From the NCBI GenBank assembly GCA_902634765.1, contig CACPLH010000002.1, positions 6,582 to 70,581 of the forward strand: DNA of 64,000 bases, given 5' to 3'. The stretch comes from an uncultured Pelagibacteraceae bacterium. GTDB lineage: Bacteria; Pseudomonadota; Alphaproteobacteria; Pelagibacterales; AG-422-B15. A program made the translations under genes and the position numbers. Below, piece after piece: positions 19,104 to 27,663 of this stretch. Positions within the stretch are counted from its first letter, which is position 1. Each line of letters opens with the position of its first letter. Below the pieces are notes generated by a model. That model saw only the letters and a program-made list of their open reading frames with translations. It had not been told where the DNA came from and made no database searches.

Positions 19104-20297
19104 TTATCTTGCCTGTGTAATACTGGTTCTTACCAATTCAAGCATTTCATCATAGTTGGCATTCCTAGGGTTAGTTCCAAACGCTGTATCGACCATTGAC
19201 TTCTTGGCAATTCTTTCTGCACAATCTTCAGGCACTCCAATTTCAGCAAGCCCCTTTGGAATGTTAATTCTATCAAGCAATTTTTCAATATTAGAAATAA
19301 ATGATTCAGCTGAATTACCTTCAAATTGCATAGCCTCATTCATTCTTTTAACTTTTTCATCCATTCCAGGTAGATTAAACCTTAATACAGCGGGAAGAAT
19401 GATAGCATTTGTCAGTCCATGGTGGGTATCATATTCAGCTCCAACCATATGAGCTATAGCATGTACAATTCCAAGCCCCTTGATAAAAGAGATTCCACCG
19501 AGGCAAGAGGCAACTAGCATAGCTCCACGTGCGGCCAAATTATCAGGTTCTTCAACAGCTAAATACAATGACTTAGATATTAAAGATAGACTTTCCAATG
19601 CAGCTCCATCACATAATGGATGGAATCCTGGAACACAGTATCCCTCAATTGAATGTATCATTGCATCCGCTCCCGTCCATGCAGTAAGGTTTGCAGGTAA
19701 GCCTACTGTTAATTCAGGATCAAGAATAGTTAGTGATGGTTTTAGATCTGGATGCATAATGCATAATTTCATACCTTTTTCGATATGGGTTATCATTGCT
19801 GTGCTCTCTGTTTCCGCTCCAGTACCTGCAGTCGTAGGAATAGTTATAAGTTTTGGAAATTCGTCCCCTTCCTTTATTTTTGCTGGCGTTAGCTCCCATT
19901 CAAAATCCCATAATGGAATATCATTGTTTGCTGTAAGGCAGATTGCTTTGCCACCATCCATTGCGCTGCCACCGCCAATTGCTATTATTGCGTCATGATT
20001 TCCCTCTTTAAATACATTGCATCCTCCAGTTATTTCATCTTCTTTAGGGTTAGGAGAAATTTCAAAATATAAATCTGATTGAATATTAGATTTTTCAAGA
20101 AAGTTCAGCATGGACTCTATAAAAGGTAAGTCCTTACTACCTCTATCAGTCACGATAAGCGGTTTTTTTATATTTAATTCTCCACAGTTCTTGCCAATTT
20201 CAGATATTCTTCCTGGACCATATGAAATTGGAACTGGAAAGCCCCAGTCTTGAGGTTCTAAAATTTCAGATGTATTAATGTTAAAAAGATTCGGCAT
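19104..20297 (-). CDS. Iron-containing (type III) alcohol dehydrogenase
   Basis: 397 aa. Has GGGSAMDGGKA and the His-rich metal site region (HSIE, HAIAHMVG..H). Confidence 0.9.
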   Translation of the reverse strand: MPNLFNINTSEILEPQDWGFPVPISYGPGRISEIGKNCGELNIKKPLIVTDRGSKDLPFIESMLNFLEKSNIQSDLYFEISPNPKEDEITGGCNVFKEGNHDAIIAIGGGSAMDGGKAICLTANNDIPLWDFEWELTPAKIKEGDEFPKLITIPTTAGTGAETESTAMITHIEKGMKLCIMHPDLKPSLTILDPELTVGLPANLTAWTGADAMIHSIEGYCVPGFHPLCDGAALESLSLISKSLYLAVEEPDNLAARGAMLVASCLGGISFIKGLGIVHAIAHMVGAEYDTHHGLTNAIILPAVLRFNLPGMDEKVKRMNEAMQFEGNSAESFISNIEKLLDRINIPKGLAEIGVPEDCAERIAKKSMVDTAFGTNPRNANYDEMLELVRTSITQAR

Positions 20298-20386
20298 AAT
20301 AATCCTTCAAAAGGTATAGATAAAAATTTGCTTTTAAATGACACAATATAAGATTATTAATTTTAAAAAAAATATATAGTTTTACA

Positions 20387-21295
20387 ATGATTAAATTGAA
20401 CAAATTGTATATTGCAATAGCAGCTACGCTTATAGGAATTCTTTGTGTCGACTCTTATGGAGTAATCATAAAGAGTTTAGGACAAATATATCCCATTACA
20501 CAGTTAAACGTATTCAGAAATGGTTTTGCAATCTTACCCTTACTTGCTGTTTTCATTATTACAAAAGAATTCTCAAGTTTGTTTAAAAATTTAAATTCTA
20601 GATTCATAATAATATGCTGCGTGCGGGGTATTTGTTTCGCGCTTATGCATGTTTTTTATTTTGCAGCAATAATTAATATGGACTTTGCTACTGCATCCAC
20701 TTTAACCTTTTCCTCTCCATTTTTTATCGCGCTGCTATCAATCTTTTTTCTTGGTGATAAAGTTGGCATTTATAGATGGTTAGCAATTGTTATTGGTTTT
20801 ATAGGGGTTGTCATGATTATGCGTCCCGATACAGATTTATTTTCAATTTATTCAATCTTTCCAATATTGGTCGCACTACTATTTTCTATAGCAATGATTG
20901 TTTTAAGATTTATTCCTGATAGTTATTCAACTTCAAAAATACAATTTTATTCTCTTCTATTCTCTATAATAGGCGCAATTCTATTATTCTTAATTTCAGA
21001 TGATCATGTACCAGTGGAAAATTATAATCATTTACTATTAATGATATTAACAGGAGTGCTTGGAGGCATTGCAGCAATACTTTTTATATTTGCCTATCGT
21101 TTAGTGTCCCCAAGCAAACTTGCTACATTTGAATATGTGGGAATCCCATCTTCATTTTTATTAGGATGGTTATTTTTTAATGAATTACCAATCTCACAAT
21201 TATTTCCTGGAGTAATAGCAATTGTTTTTGCGGGAATGATAATTATTTGGAGAGACACATTAAAAGAAAAATTACCAAGAGAAATAAAGCAATAG
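20387..21295 (+). CDS. EamA/DMT-family transporter
   Basis: 302 aa, about 10 hydrophobic helices, two-repeat EamA-like architecture. Confidence 0.75.
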   Translation: MIKLNKLYIAIAATLIGILCVDSYGVIIKSLGQIYPITQLNVFRNGFAILPLLAVFIITKEFSSLFKNLNSRFIIICCVRGICFALMHVFYFAAIINMDFATASTLTFSSPFFIALLSIFFLGDKVGIYRWLAIVIGFIGVVMIMRPDTDLFSIYSIFPILVALLFSIAMIVLRFIPDSYSTSKIQFYSLLFSIIGAILLFLISDDHVPVENYNHLLLMILTGVLGGIAAILFIFAYRLVSPSKLATFEYVGIPSSFLLGWLFFNELPISQLFPGVIAIVFAGMIIIWRDTLKEKLPREIKQ

Positions 21296-21298
21296 TAT

Positions 21299-22366
21299 TT
21301 ATTTACTTGAAGTCATAGATTTCATAATAATTGTGCGATCAATTTCACCGATAAGTTTTCCTGTAGCACTATCAATAACGGGAAATGTATTATCGTTTTC
21401 ACAACACATATCCATTAAACCATCTATTTTTGCATTACTTTCAATACAATTTTTTCCTTCATTGAAAGTTTTTTCAGTTTCAGAACAGATTTCTTGACGA
21501 CAAATTTTACCTGCGCTAAGCACTTTATATTTTGGAACATCCTCAGTGAAGTCTTTTACATATTGATCAATTGGATTTGCTACAATTTCTTCAGGAGTGC
21601 CAACCTGTGAAATTTCTCCATCTTTCATAATTGCTATATTATCTCCCATCTTAATTGCTTCTAAGAAGTCATGTGTAATAAATACCATTGTTTTTTTAAG
21701 CATTTTTTGAATACTCAGTAGCTCATCTTGCATCTCCCTTCTAATCAATGGATCAAGAGCTGAAAAAGGCTCATCAAAAATTAAAATTTCAGGGTCTACG
21801 GCAAGAGCCCTTGCTAATCCAACCCGCTGTTGCATCCCTCCAGACAATTCTCTAGGAAAATGTTGATCCCAACCATCGAGGCCTACCAATTTGAGGGCTT
21901 CGATTGATTTTTCTATTCGTTCTTTTTTCCCAACTCCTCTAATCTCTAACCCATAACCAATGTTTTCAATAACTCTCCGGTGAGGAAACAAGCCAAAGTG
22001 TTGAAACACCATACTCATTCGGTGACGTCTTAGTTCTTTTAGGTCTTTATTATTCATATTAGTAACATCAATACCATCAATTTCTACTAACCCTGAGGTA
22101 GGCTCTATTAGTCGTGATAAACATCTTACAAGAGTAGATTTTCCACTTCCGGAGAGACCCATAACAACAAATGTTTCACCTTTTTGTACTGAAAAACTTA
22201 CATCTTTGACTGCTACAACATGACCAGTTTTCTCTTGTACTTCACTTCGTGATAGATTTTCATCAAGATTTGATAAAATATTCTTTTCATTTGGCCCAAA
22301 AAGCTTCCAAATATTCGAACAAACTATTTTCTGGTTATTTTCCATAATTTCAGGATAATATATCAA
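21299..22366 (-). CDS. proV: Glycine betaine/proline ABC transporter ATP-binding subunit (ProV/OpuAA-like)
   Basis: Has Walker A GLSGSGKST, the LSGGMQQRVGLARA signature, Walker B ILIFDEP, and a C-terminal CBS-like tail. The real start may be the ATG at 22345 (MENNQKIV). Confidence 0.9.
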   Translation of the reverse strand: MIYYPEIMENNQKIVCSNIWKLFGPNEKNILSNLDENLSRSEVQEKTGHVVAVKDVSFSVQKGETFVVMGLSGSGKSTLVRCLSRLIEPTSGLVEIDGIDVTNMNNKDLKELRRHRMSMVFQHFGLFPHRRVIENIGYGLEIRGVGKKERIEKSIEALKLVGLDGWDQHFPRELSGGMQQRVGLARALAVDPEILIFDEPFSALDPLIRREMQDELLSIQKMLKKTMVFITHDFLEAIKMGDNIAIMKDGEISQVGTPEEIVANPIDQYVKDFTEDVPKYKVLSAGKICRQEICSETEKTFNEGKNCIESNAKIDGLMDMCCENDNTFPVIDSATGKLIGEIDRTIIMKSMTSSK

Positions 22367-22397
22367 ACAATTTGCGTAATACTATAGTTTTTGTTAA

Positions 22398-24518
22398 ATG
22401 GCGCTATACCAGGATTTAAATAATCAAAGTTTACAATCAAAATTTAGTGGATACTTTGTACCCGCTATTATTCTTTTAAGTATTATCATTTCATTGATCT
22501 TAGTTTCATTTGGAGAAGATAAATCTGAGTTTCCAGAGTTTATCACTGACGCCTTTACCTTTACTGCATGGGTAAATCAGGGAGAAGATTTTTTAAAAGC
22601 CAATATAAAAGAGTATACTCGAGCGATTTCTAGTTATGTAAAAGAAGGCTACTTTTTGCTCGAAGATTTCTTAATCGATTCTTCATGGCTTTTTGTTACT
22701 GCACTTTTAGTTATTCCATCATTGGCATTTGGAGGAATTAAACTAGCTACCTTTATTCTTTTTGGAACAATGTATTGGGGAATGGTAGGATTATGGGAGT
22801 CAGCAATGGAAACTCTTGCATTGATGGGCTTATCAGTTTTTTTATCAGTTGTTATAGGTGTACTTCTTGGGGTATGTTGTGCATTAAGCGATCGGTTTGA
22901 ACGAACCATGAAACCTATTTTAGATATCATGCAAGTTATGCCAGCTTTTGTATATCTAATTCCTGCTATGTTCTTTTTTGGAATTGGTGGCGCTCCCGCT
23001 ATTCTTGCGACAATGATTTATTCTATGCCTCCTATAATTCGCCTAACTAATCTTGGAATTCGACAAGTACCAAATGAAACTATTGAAACTGCTACTTCCT
23101 TTGGATCAAATAGGGGACAAATTTTATTTAAAGTACAAATTCCACTTGCGTTACCAAGTATTATGATGGGGGTAAATCAAACTATTATGATGGCATTAGC
23201 TCTCGTAGTTCTAGCAACATTTATTGGAGCGCAAGGACTTGGTTCAGATATTTGGGTTGCTATCAGAAAACTTGATGTTGGCGCAGGAATGGAAGGTGGA
23301 CTTTGTGTGTTGTTAATGGCTATAATGTTCGATCGTTTCGGAAAAGCTGTAAGCAGAGAAACTGTAACATTGCCTGCAGATAGTCAAAAATTTTATATAT
23401 TGCCTCAAAATTGGGATATATATCCATTAGCTAGACTTTTTGAAAAGCCTTTTACCTATATTCACTTTACTTTTGCATTTATTTTTTCTGGTCTAGTCAG
23501 GATCTTTGCTTATTTTTTTGAGCAAGTCTTATCTCTTATAAGCAAAAAAATAGCTATTGCTTTTAGTCAGTTCATAAATTTGCATTATTTTTTCATTACT
23601 GGATTATTATTTTTAATTGGAATTTATTTATACGACATTCATGTAACCCCGATTGGAACATTTCCTGAAAGCTGGAATTTATCGATAAGAGACCAAATAT
23701 CAAGTGGGGTGAGCGCACTAACTGTTAATCCCACATTTATAGCGATAACCAAAACCATACGATCTTCAGTAATCATATATTTATTGAGACCATTTGATAT
23801 GTATCTGACTTACCTTCCCTATTGGTTTACCATAGGTACACTTGTCATTGTAAGTTGGGCATCTGTTGGATTTCGGTTTGCAATCACAACTCTTGTATTA
23901 TTACTTTTTATCGGAGCATGTAACATATGGACTGAAGCAATGATTACTTTGTCTTCAGTTTTAATTTCTGTACTGCTCTGTTTTTTAATTGGTGTTCCAA
24001 TCGGAATTTTAGCTTCATATAGTCAGCGTTTTCAAAGCATCAATGAAGTGATTTTAGATGCGATGCAGACCCTTCCTTATTTCTGTTATCTAATTCCTGT
24101 TTTAATGTTTTTTGGTGGAGGAGCATTTTCAGCTCTTCTCGCAACGATTATTTATTCAATTCCACCAATTATAAGACTAACAGTTTTAGGACTTTCACAA
24201 GTCTCCAGTACATATTCTGAAGTTTCTACTTCATTTGGGGGATCTCTAATACAAACACTGAGAAAGATTAAGTTTCCTCTTGCCATTCCAAGTCTTGTAA
24301 TGGGGTTTAATCAAACTGTGATGATGGCTTTCGCTATGCAAATTGTAACACCACTGATTGGTGGAAAAGGTCTAGGATTAGAGGTTTTTAATGGATTAGC
24401 AAGATCTGATACTGGACGAGCTTTAGCTGCAGGAATAGGGATCTGTCTGCTAGCAATGATAATTGACAGGATAAGTCTTGCATGGACTAAGAAACAAAGG
24501 GATGCTTTAGGCATATAA
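22398..24518 (+). CDS. proW: Fused tandem ProW-ProW ABC permease
   Basis: 706 aa with two complete ProW-like halves. Each half has an EAA-loop region (TATSFGSNRGQILFKVQIPLALP and VSTSFGGSLIQTLRKIKFPLAIP). Hydrophobic linker helices join the halves. Confidence 0.85.
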   Translation: MALYQDLNNQSLQSKFSGYFVPAIILLSIIISLILVSFGEDKSEFPEFITDAFTFTAWVNQGEDFLKANIKEYTRAISSYVKEGYFLLEDFLIDSSWLFVTALLVIPSLAFGGIKLATFILFGTMYWGMVGLWESAMETLALMGLSVFLSVVIGVLLGVCCALSDRFERTMKPILDIMQVMPAFVYLIPAMFFFGIGGAPAILATMIYSMPPIIRLTNLGIRQVPNETIETATSFGSNRGQILFKVQIPLALPSIMMGVNQTIMMALALVVLATFIGAQGLGSDIWVAIRKLDVGAGMEGGLCVLLMAIMFDRFGKAVSRETVTLPADSQKFYILPQNWDIYPLARLFEKPFTYIHFTFAFIFSGLVRIFAYFFEQVLSLISKKIAIAFSQFINLHYFFITGLLFLIGIYLYDIHVTPIGTFPESWNLSIRDQISSGVSALTVNPTFIAITKTIRSSVIIYLLRPFDMYLTYLPYWFTIGTLVIVSWASVGFRFAITTLVLLLFIGACNIWTEAMITLSSVLISVLLCFLIGVPIGILASYSQRFQSINEVILDAMQTLPYFCYLIPVLMFFGGGAFSALLATIIYSIPPIIRLTVLGLSQVSSTYSEVSTSFGGSLIQTLRKIKFPLAIPSLVMGFNQTVMMAFAMQIVTPLIGGKGLGLEVFNGLARSDTGRALAAGIGICLLAMIIDRISLAWTKKQRDALGI

Positions 24519-24567
24519 TTGCTCATTTTAATAATAATTTCATATAATTATTACTTACATTTATACA

Positions 24568-24597
24568 TTTACATTATCTTAATTTTCAGGCTAAAAT
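24568..24597 (+). promoter_or_regulatory. Candidate sigma70-type promoter for proX
   Basis: TTTACA (24568-24573), an 18-nt spacer, then TAAAAT (24592-24597). It sits in an unusually long 122-nt gap. AAGGGG RBS at 24624-24629. A TACATTTA tandem lies just upstream. Confidence 0.3.
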
Positions 24598-24640
24598 AAT
24601 TCATTAATTAAAAAATAAAAATTAAGGGGTTATAAAAAAT

Positions 24641-25645
24641 ATGAAAAAATCATTTTTCACAAATGCTTTTTTAGCTTTGATAATGTCTTCTTTTCTTGTT
24701 CTATCAGCCGGTACTGCCAATGCAAAACGTTTGACTGCTGCTGTAGCTGACTGGACAGGTGGTGAAATTACATGTCAGGTTGCTGTAAGCATTTTAGAAC
24801 AAGAACTTGGATATAAAGTTGAGAGAATTGTATTTCCGTCGGGTACAGGCCTATGGGAAGCAATTGCTGCAGGCGATATAGATTTCGCATGTGAAAGTTG
24901 GCCTGGATACGCTGAAGCTGACGATGTGATGCTAAATGCTCCATTATATTATGATGGTGAAGTGGTTCAGGAATATTCTGGAACAGGTGAAGTAATTGCC
25001 TTTACAACAGGTATCATCGGAGCTTCTGACTACTATGTTCCAAAGTATTTTATGGATGCAAATCCTGATTTTAATGGTTGGGAAGATCTAAATAAATTTA
25101 AAGCTGAATTTGCTACTGTTGAAACAGGCTCTAAAGGTAGACTGATCGGATGTCCAGTTGCTGGATGGAACTGTCATGACCAGAAAAGACTAGATATCAT
25201 GGGTATCGATTTTGAAGCAGTTGAGCTTGGAACTGAGACGGCGCTTTTAGCTGAAGCGCAAGGTGCTTTTGATCGTAAAGAACCATTTTTAATGTATCTT
25301 TGGGAACCTCATTTTTTCTTTGGTAAGAATGAAATGGTAGGTGTTGGACTTCCAACTCACCAGTCTTGTGATAGTTTTACTGAGGCTAACAACTGGAAAG
25401 ATTGTGGAATGGGATCTTGGCCCGCAAGTAACTGGCCAAAAGATTATACCATGAACTATATGAATCCAGAAGTGATGGCAAAACCTGAAAATGCTGAAGC
25501 TCTTGCGTTCTTCAAGAAAATGAAATTTCAGAATAGTGATCAAGCAAAAATGCTTGTAAGAGTAGGCGATGATGGATTATCAGTTGAAGAAGCTGTTCAA
25601 GAATGGAAAGATAGTTCGAGTGATTGGAAGAATTGGCTTCCATAA
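24641..25645 (+). CDS. proX: Glycine betaine-type periplasmic substrate-binding protein (ProX/OpuAC-like)
   Basis: 334 aa with a signal peptide ending ANA-K. Trp-rich segments (ADWTGGE, ESWPGY, GWNC) fit an aromatic-cage quaternary-amine binder. Confidence 0.85.
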   Translation: MKKSFFTNAFLALIMSSFLVLSAGTANAKRLTAAVADWTGGEITCQVAVSILEQELGYKVERIVFPSGTGLWEAIAAGDIDFACESWPGYAEADDVMLNAPLYYDGEVVQEYSGTGEVIAFTTGIIGASDYYVPKYFMDANPDFNGWEDLNKFKAEFATVETGSKGRLIGCPVAGWNCHDQKRLDIMGIDFEAVELGTETALLAEAQGAFDRKEPFLMYLWEPHFFFGKNEMVGVGLPTHQSCDSFTEANNWKDCGMGSWPASNWPKDYTMNYMNPEVMAKPENAEALAFFKKMKFQNSDQAKMLVRVGDDGLSVEEAVQEWKDSSSDWKNWLP

Positions 25646-25672
25646 GCTTAACTAATCTTTAAGTTTAAAAAA

Positions 25673-25703
25673 GGCCCTGTATATTTACAGGGTCTTTTTT
25701 TTT
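25673..25703 (+). terminator. Strong intrinsic terminator after proX
   Basis: GGCCCTGT pairs with ACAGGGTC (8 bp including one G-U), loop ATATTT, followed by T9. Confidence 0.75.
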
Positions 25704-25716
25704 AGTTTATTTAAAA

Positions 25717-26631
25717 ATGGAAAATCAAAAGCACAAATATCATTATACAATCAGTTTTGCATTGTTGATTGCTGCAGGAATGTGGGGACTATTTTGGCTG
25801 CCTCAAAGAGCTTTAGAATCTGGAGGTTTAACTGGAGGTTGGGCCACTATATCACAAATGGTAATTCCATTCCTAATACTGCTTCCGATATCAATTTGGA
25901 GGAAATCAAAAGGACAATCCTTTGGATTAGAATATCCATTGATTGGACTTTTATTTGGAGGAGGTATTGCTTGTTATGCAAATAGCTTTCTACTAACTGA
26001 CGTCGTAAGAGCGTTAATTCTTTTCTATATCACTCCAGTTTGGACAACCATTTTTGAAATGATTTTTCTGAGACAATTACCACGTATTTACAGATATATT
26101 ACTCTGATATTGGCATTATCAGGTGTTTGGATAGTATTTGGACAAGATGGAATAATACCGGTTCCAAAAAATTCTGGTGACTGGATTGCTCTTTTTGGAG
26201 GAATTTTAATAGCTGCTTCAGCAGTAAGAATGGAAATTAAGAAACCAGAGGGGATATATCCTATATTGTTTTCATTCTTTTTTTATGGAGGCTTATTTAC
26301 TTTAGTTCAGGCATTCTTTTTACGAGACTATCTCGGTTCAAGCCCATCATTTGATGCGTGGATCACAATGATGCCATGGCTGCTTTTAATTGCTGTTTTA
26401 TTTCATATCCCTACAAATATTGTTATTTTAGGTGCTCCAAGTAGGATAGGGGCTGGTTTATTTTCAATAATTATACTTTTTGAAATTGTCGTTGGATCGT
26501 TTAGTGCTGCAATATTAACTGATGAACTCATTGGATGGCGAGAAATATTGGGAAGCTCATTAATAATACTAGCTGGGTTAGCAGAAATTATTTTTGCTTC
26601 AAAGTCTGATAGTATTGAGAATTATAATTGA
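25717..26631 (+). CDS. EamA/DMT-family transporter
   Basis: 304 aa polytopic membrane protein with EamA-like repeats. Confidence 0.7.
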   Translation: MENQKHKYHYTISFALLIAAGMWGLFWLPQRALESGGLTGGWATISQMVIPFLILLPISIWRKSKGQSFGLEYPLIGLLFGGGIACYANSFLLTDVVRALILFYITPVWTTIFEMIFLRQLPRIYRYITLILALSGVWIVFGQDGIIPVPKNSGDWIALFGGILIAASAVRMEIKKPEGIYPILFSFFFYGGLFTLVQAFFLRDYLGSSPSFDAWITMMPWLLLIAVLFHIPTNIVILGAPSRIGAGLFSIIILFEIVVGSFSAAILTDELIGWREILGSSLIILAGLAEIIFASKSDSIENYN

Positions 26632-27548
26632 TTGAGTAACTTTATATGCTCTACAGTTGTTCCACAACAACCTCCAATGAGTTGAGCTCCAGCATCTTTC
26701 CATTTTTTAGCTTCGATTAAATAATCTTCTGGGGAAATAACACTGCTCATATCATAATTTGGAAAATTAAATACAGCGACTTCTGGATAAGCCATAATAG
26801 GTACATCATAAACTTCTCTGAGTTCTCTGATGCTTTCTTCTATTACACTGATATCACAATGCATAATACCAACAGCATCTAATTTATGGTGCTTAACATT
26901 ATTTATCATTTTCTTAAAAGTATACTCATAATCAGTTGTTAGAGCTATGAGACCATCTGGAATACTCCTTGAAGAAAATCCGGCCCATACTGGCAAACCA
27001 ACTTTACTAGCAGAGTCGAAAACAATCTCAATCCTATCTGGCCGATACATAAGTTCTAAAAAAATAAAATCACAACCATTATCAGCTAGGAAAAAAGCAA
27101 GTTCGTCAAAATTTTTCTGAAAATACTCAGGAGTAAGTTTTTTTCGATAATTTTCTCTCTCTTCTTGATTTTTAAAGGCATCTTCATATGGAATTTGATG
27201 AGACAGAGAGCCTCCTATAAGAACATCATCTCTACCAGTTTCTTTCCGCGCATCAAGAGCAGCATTTATTGCACTTAAGTTAATTTCCTCAAATTTATCA
27301 TCAACTCCCGCTACTTCGAGAACCATTCTGTTAGAAGCGTATGTATTGGTAGCAATAACTTTAGCACCTGCTTCAATATAATCTTTATGAATTTGTTTGA
27401 GTGTATCACCTTCAAGAGACCCGGTCGCACACCAGGAGTTATCCATTTTAACCCCTCTATTTTCAAGCTCTGATCCAGTAGCACCATCTAATAAAATAGT
27501 CTCTCCAGATTGAAGTAGTTCTAAAAAGTTTTTATATCGTTGATTCAT
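26622..27548 (-). CDS. Homocysteine S-methyltransferase domain protein (betaine-homocysteine methyltransferase-like)
   Basis: 308 aa. N-terminal LLDGATGSELE, a C-terminal GGCCGT zinc motif and an internal Cys fit the Pfam S-methyl_trans pattern. Located in a betaine gene neighbourhood. Confidence 0.8.
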   Translation of the reverse strand: MNQRYKNFLELLQSGETILLDGATGSELENRGVKMDNSWCATGSLEGDTLKQIHKDYIEAGAKVIATNTYASNRMVLEVAGVDDKFEEINLSAINAALDARKETGRDDVLIGGSLSHQIPYEDAFKNQEERENYRKKLTPEYFQKNFDELAFFLADNGCDFIFLELMYRPDRIEIVFDSASKVGLPVWAGFSSRSIPDGLIALTTDYEYTFKKMINNVKHHKLDAVGIMHCDISVIEESIRELREVYDVPIMAYPEVAVFNFPNYDMSSVISPEDYLIEAKKWKDAGAQLIGGCCGTTVEHIKLLNQL

Positions 27549-27663
27549 GGCTTGCTCTTTTATGATTTAATATTATGTTATCATAAATTTTAATTCATTA
27601 AAATTGTTGAATAAATTTACAATCAGTTTTAAAAGATTTCATCATAATAGGATAAAAAAAAAT

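Noticed and set aside
19480-19998. A 172-aa + strand ORF in the track, and similar antisense ORFs at 18263-18529, 13936-14250, 30629-31042, 32975-33286, 63212-63541 and 7958-8215.
   Set aside because: Each lies entirely antisense to a gene with strong family motifs. Their sequences are low-complexity and lack motifs. They are typical shadow ORFs.
27549-27663. Expected a SAM riboswitch leader upstream of the BHMT-like gene. I recall tandem SAM-II/SAM-V elements reported for bhmt in a Pelagibacter strain.
   Set aside because: The divergent spacer is only 115 nt and almost pure A/T. It must also hold the promoter for the DmdA-like gene. I found no pseudoknot-forming G/C segments or conserved motif in either orientation.
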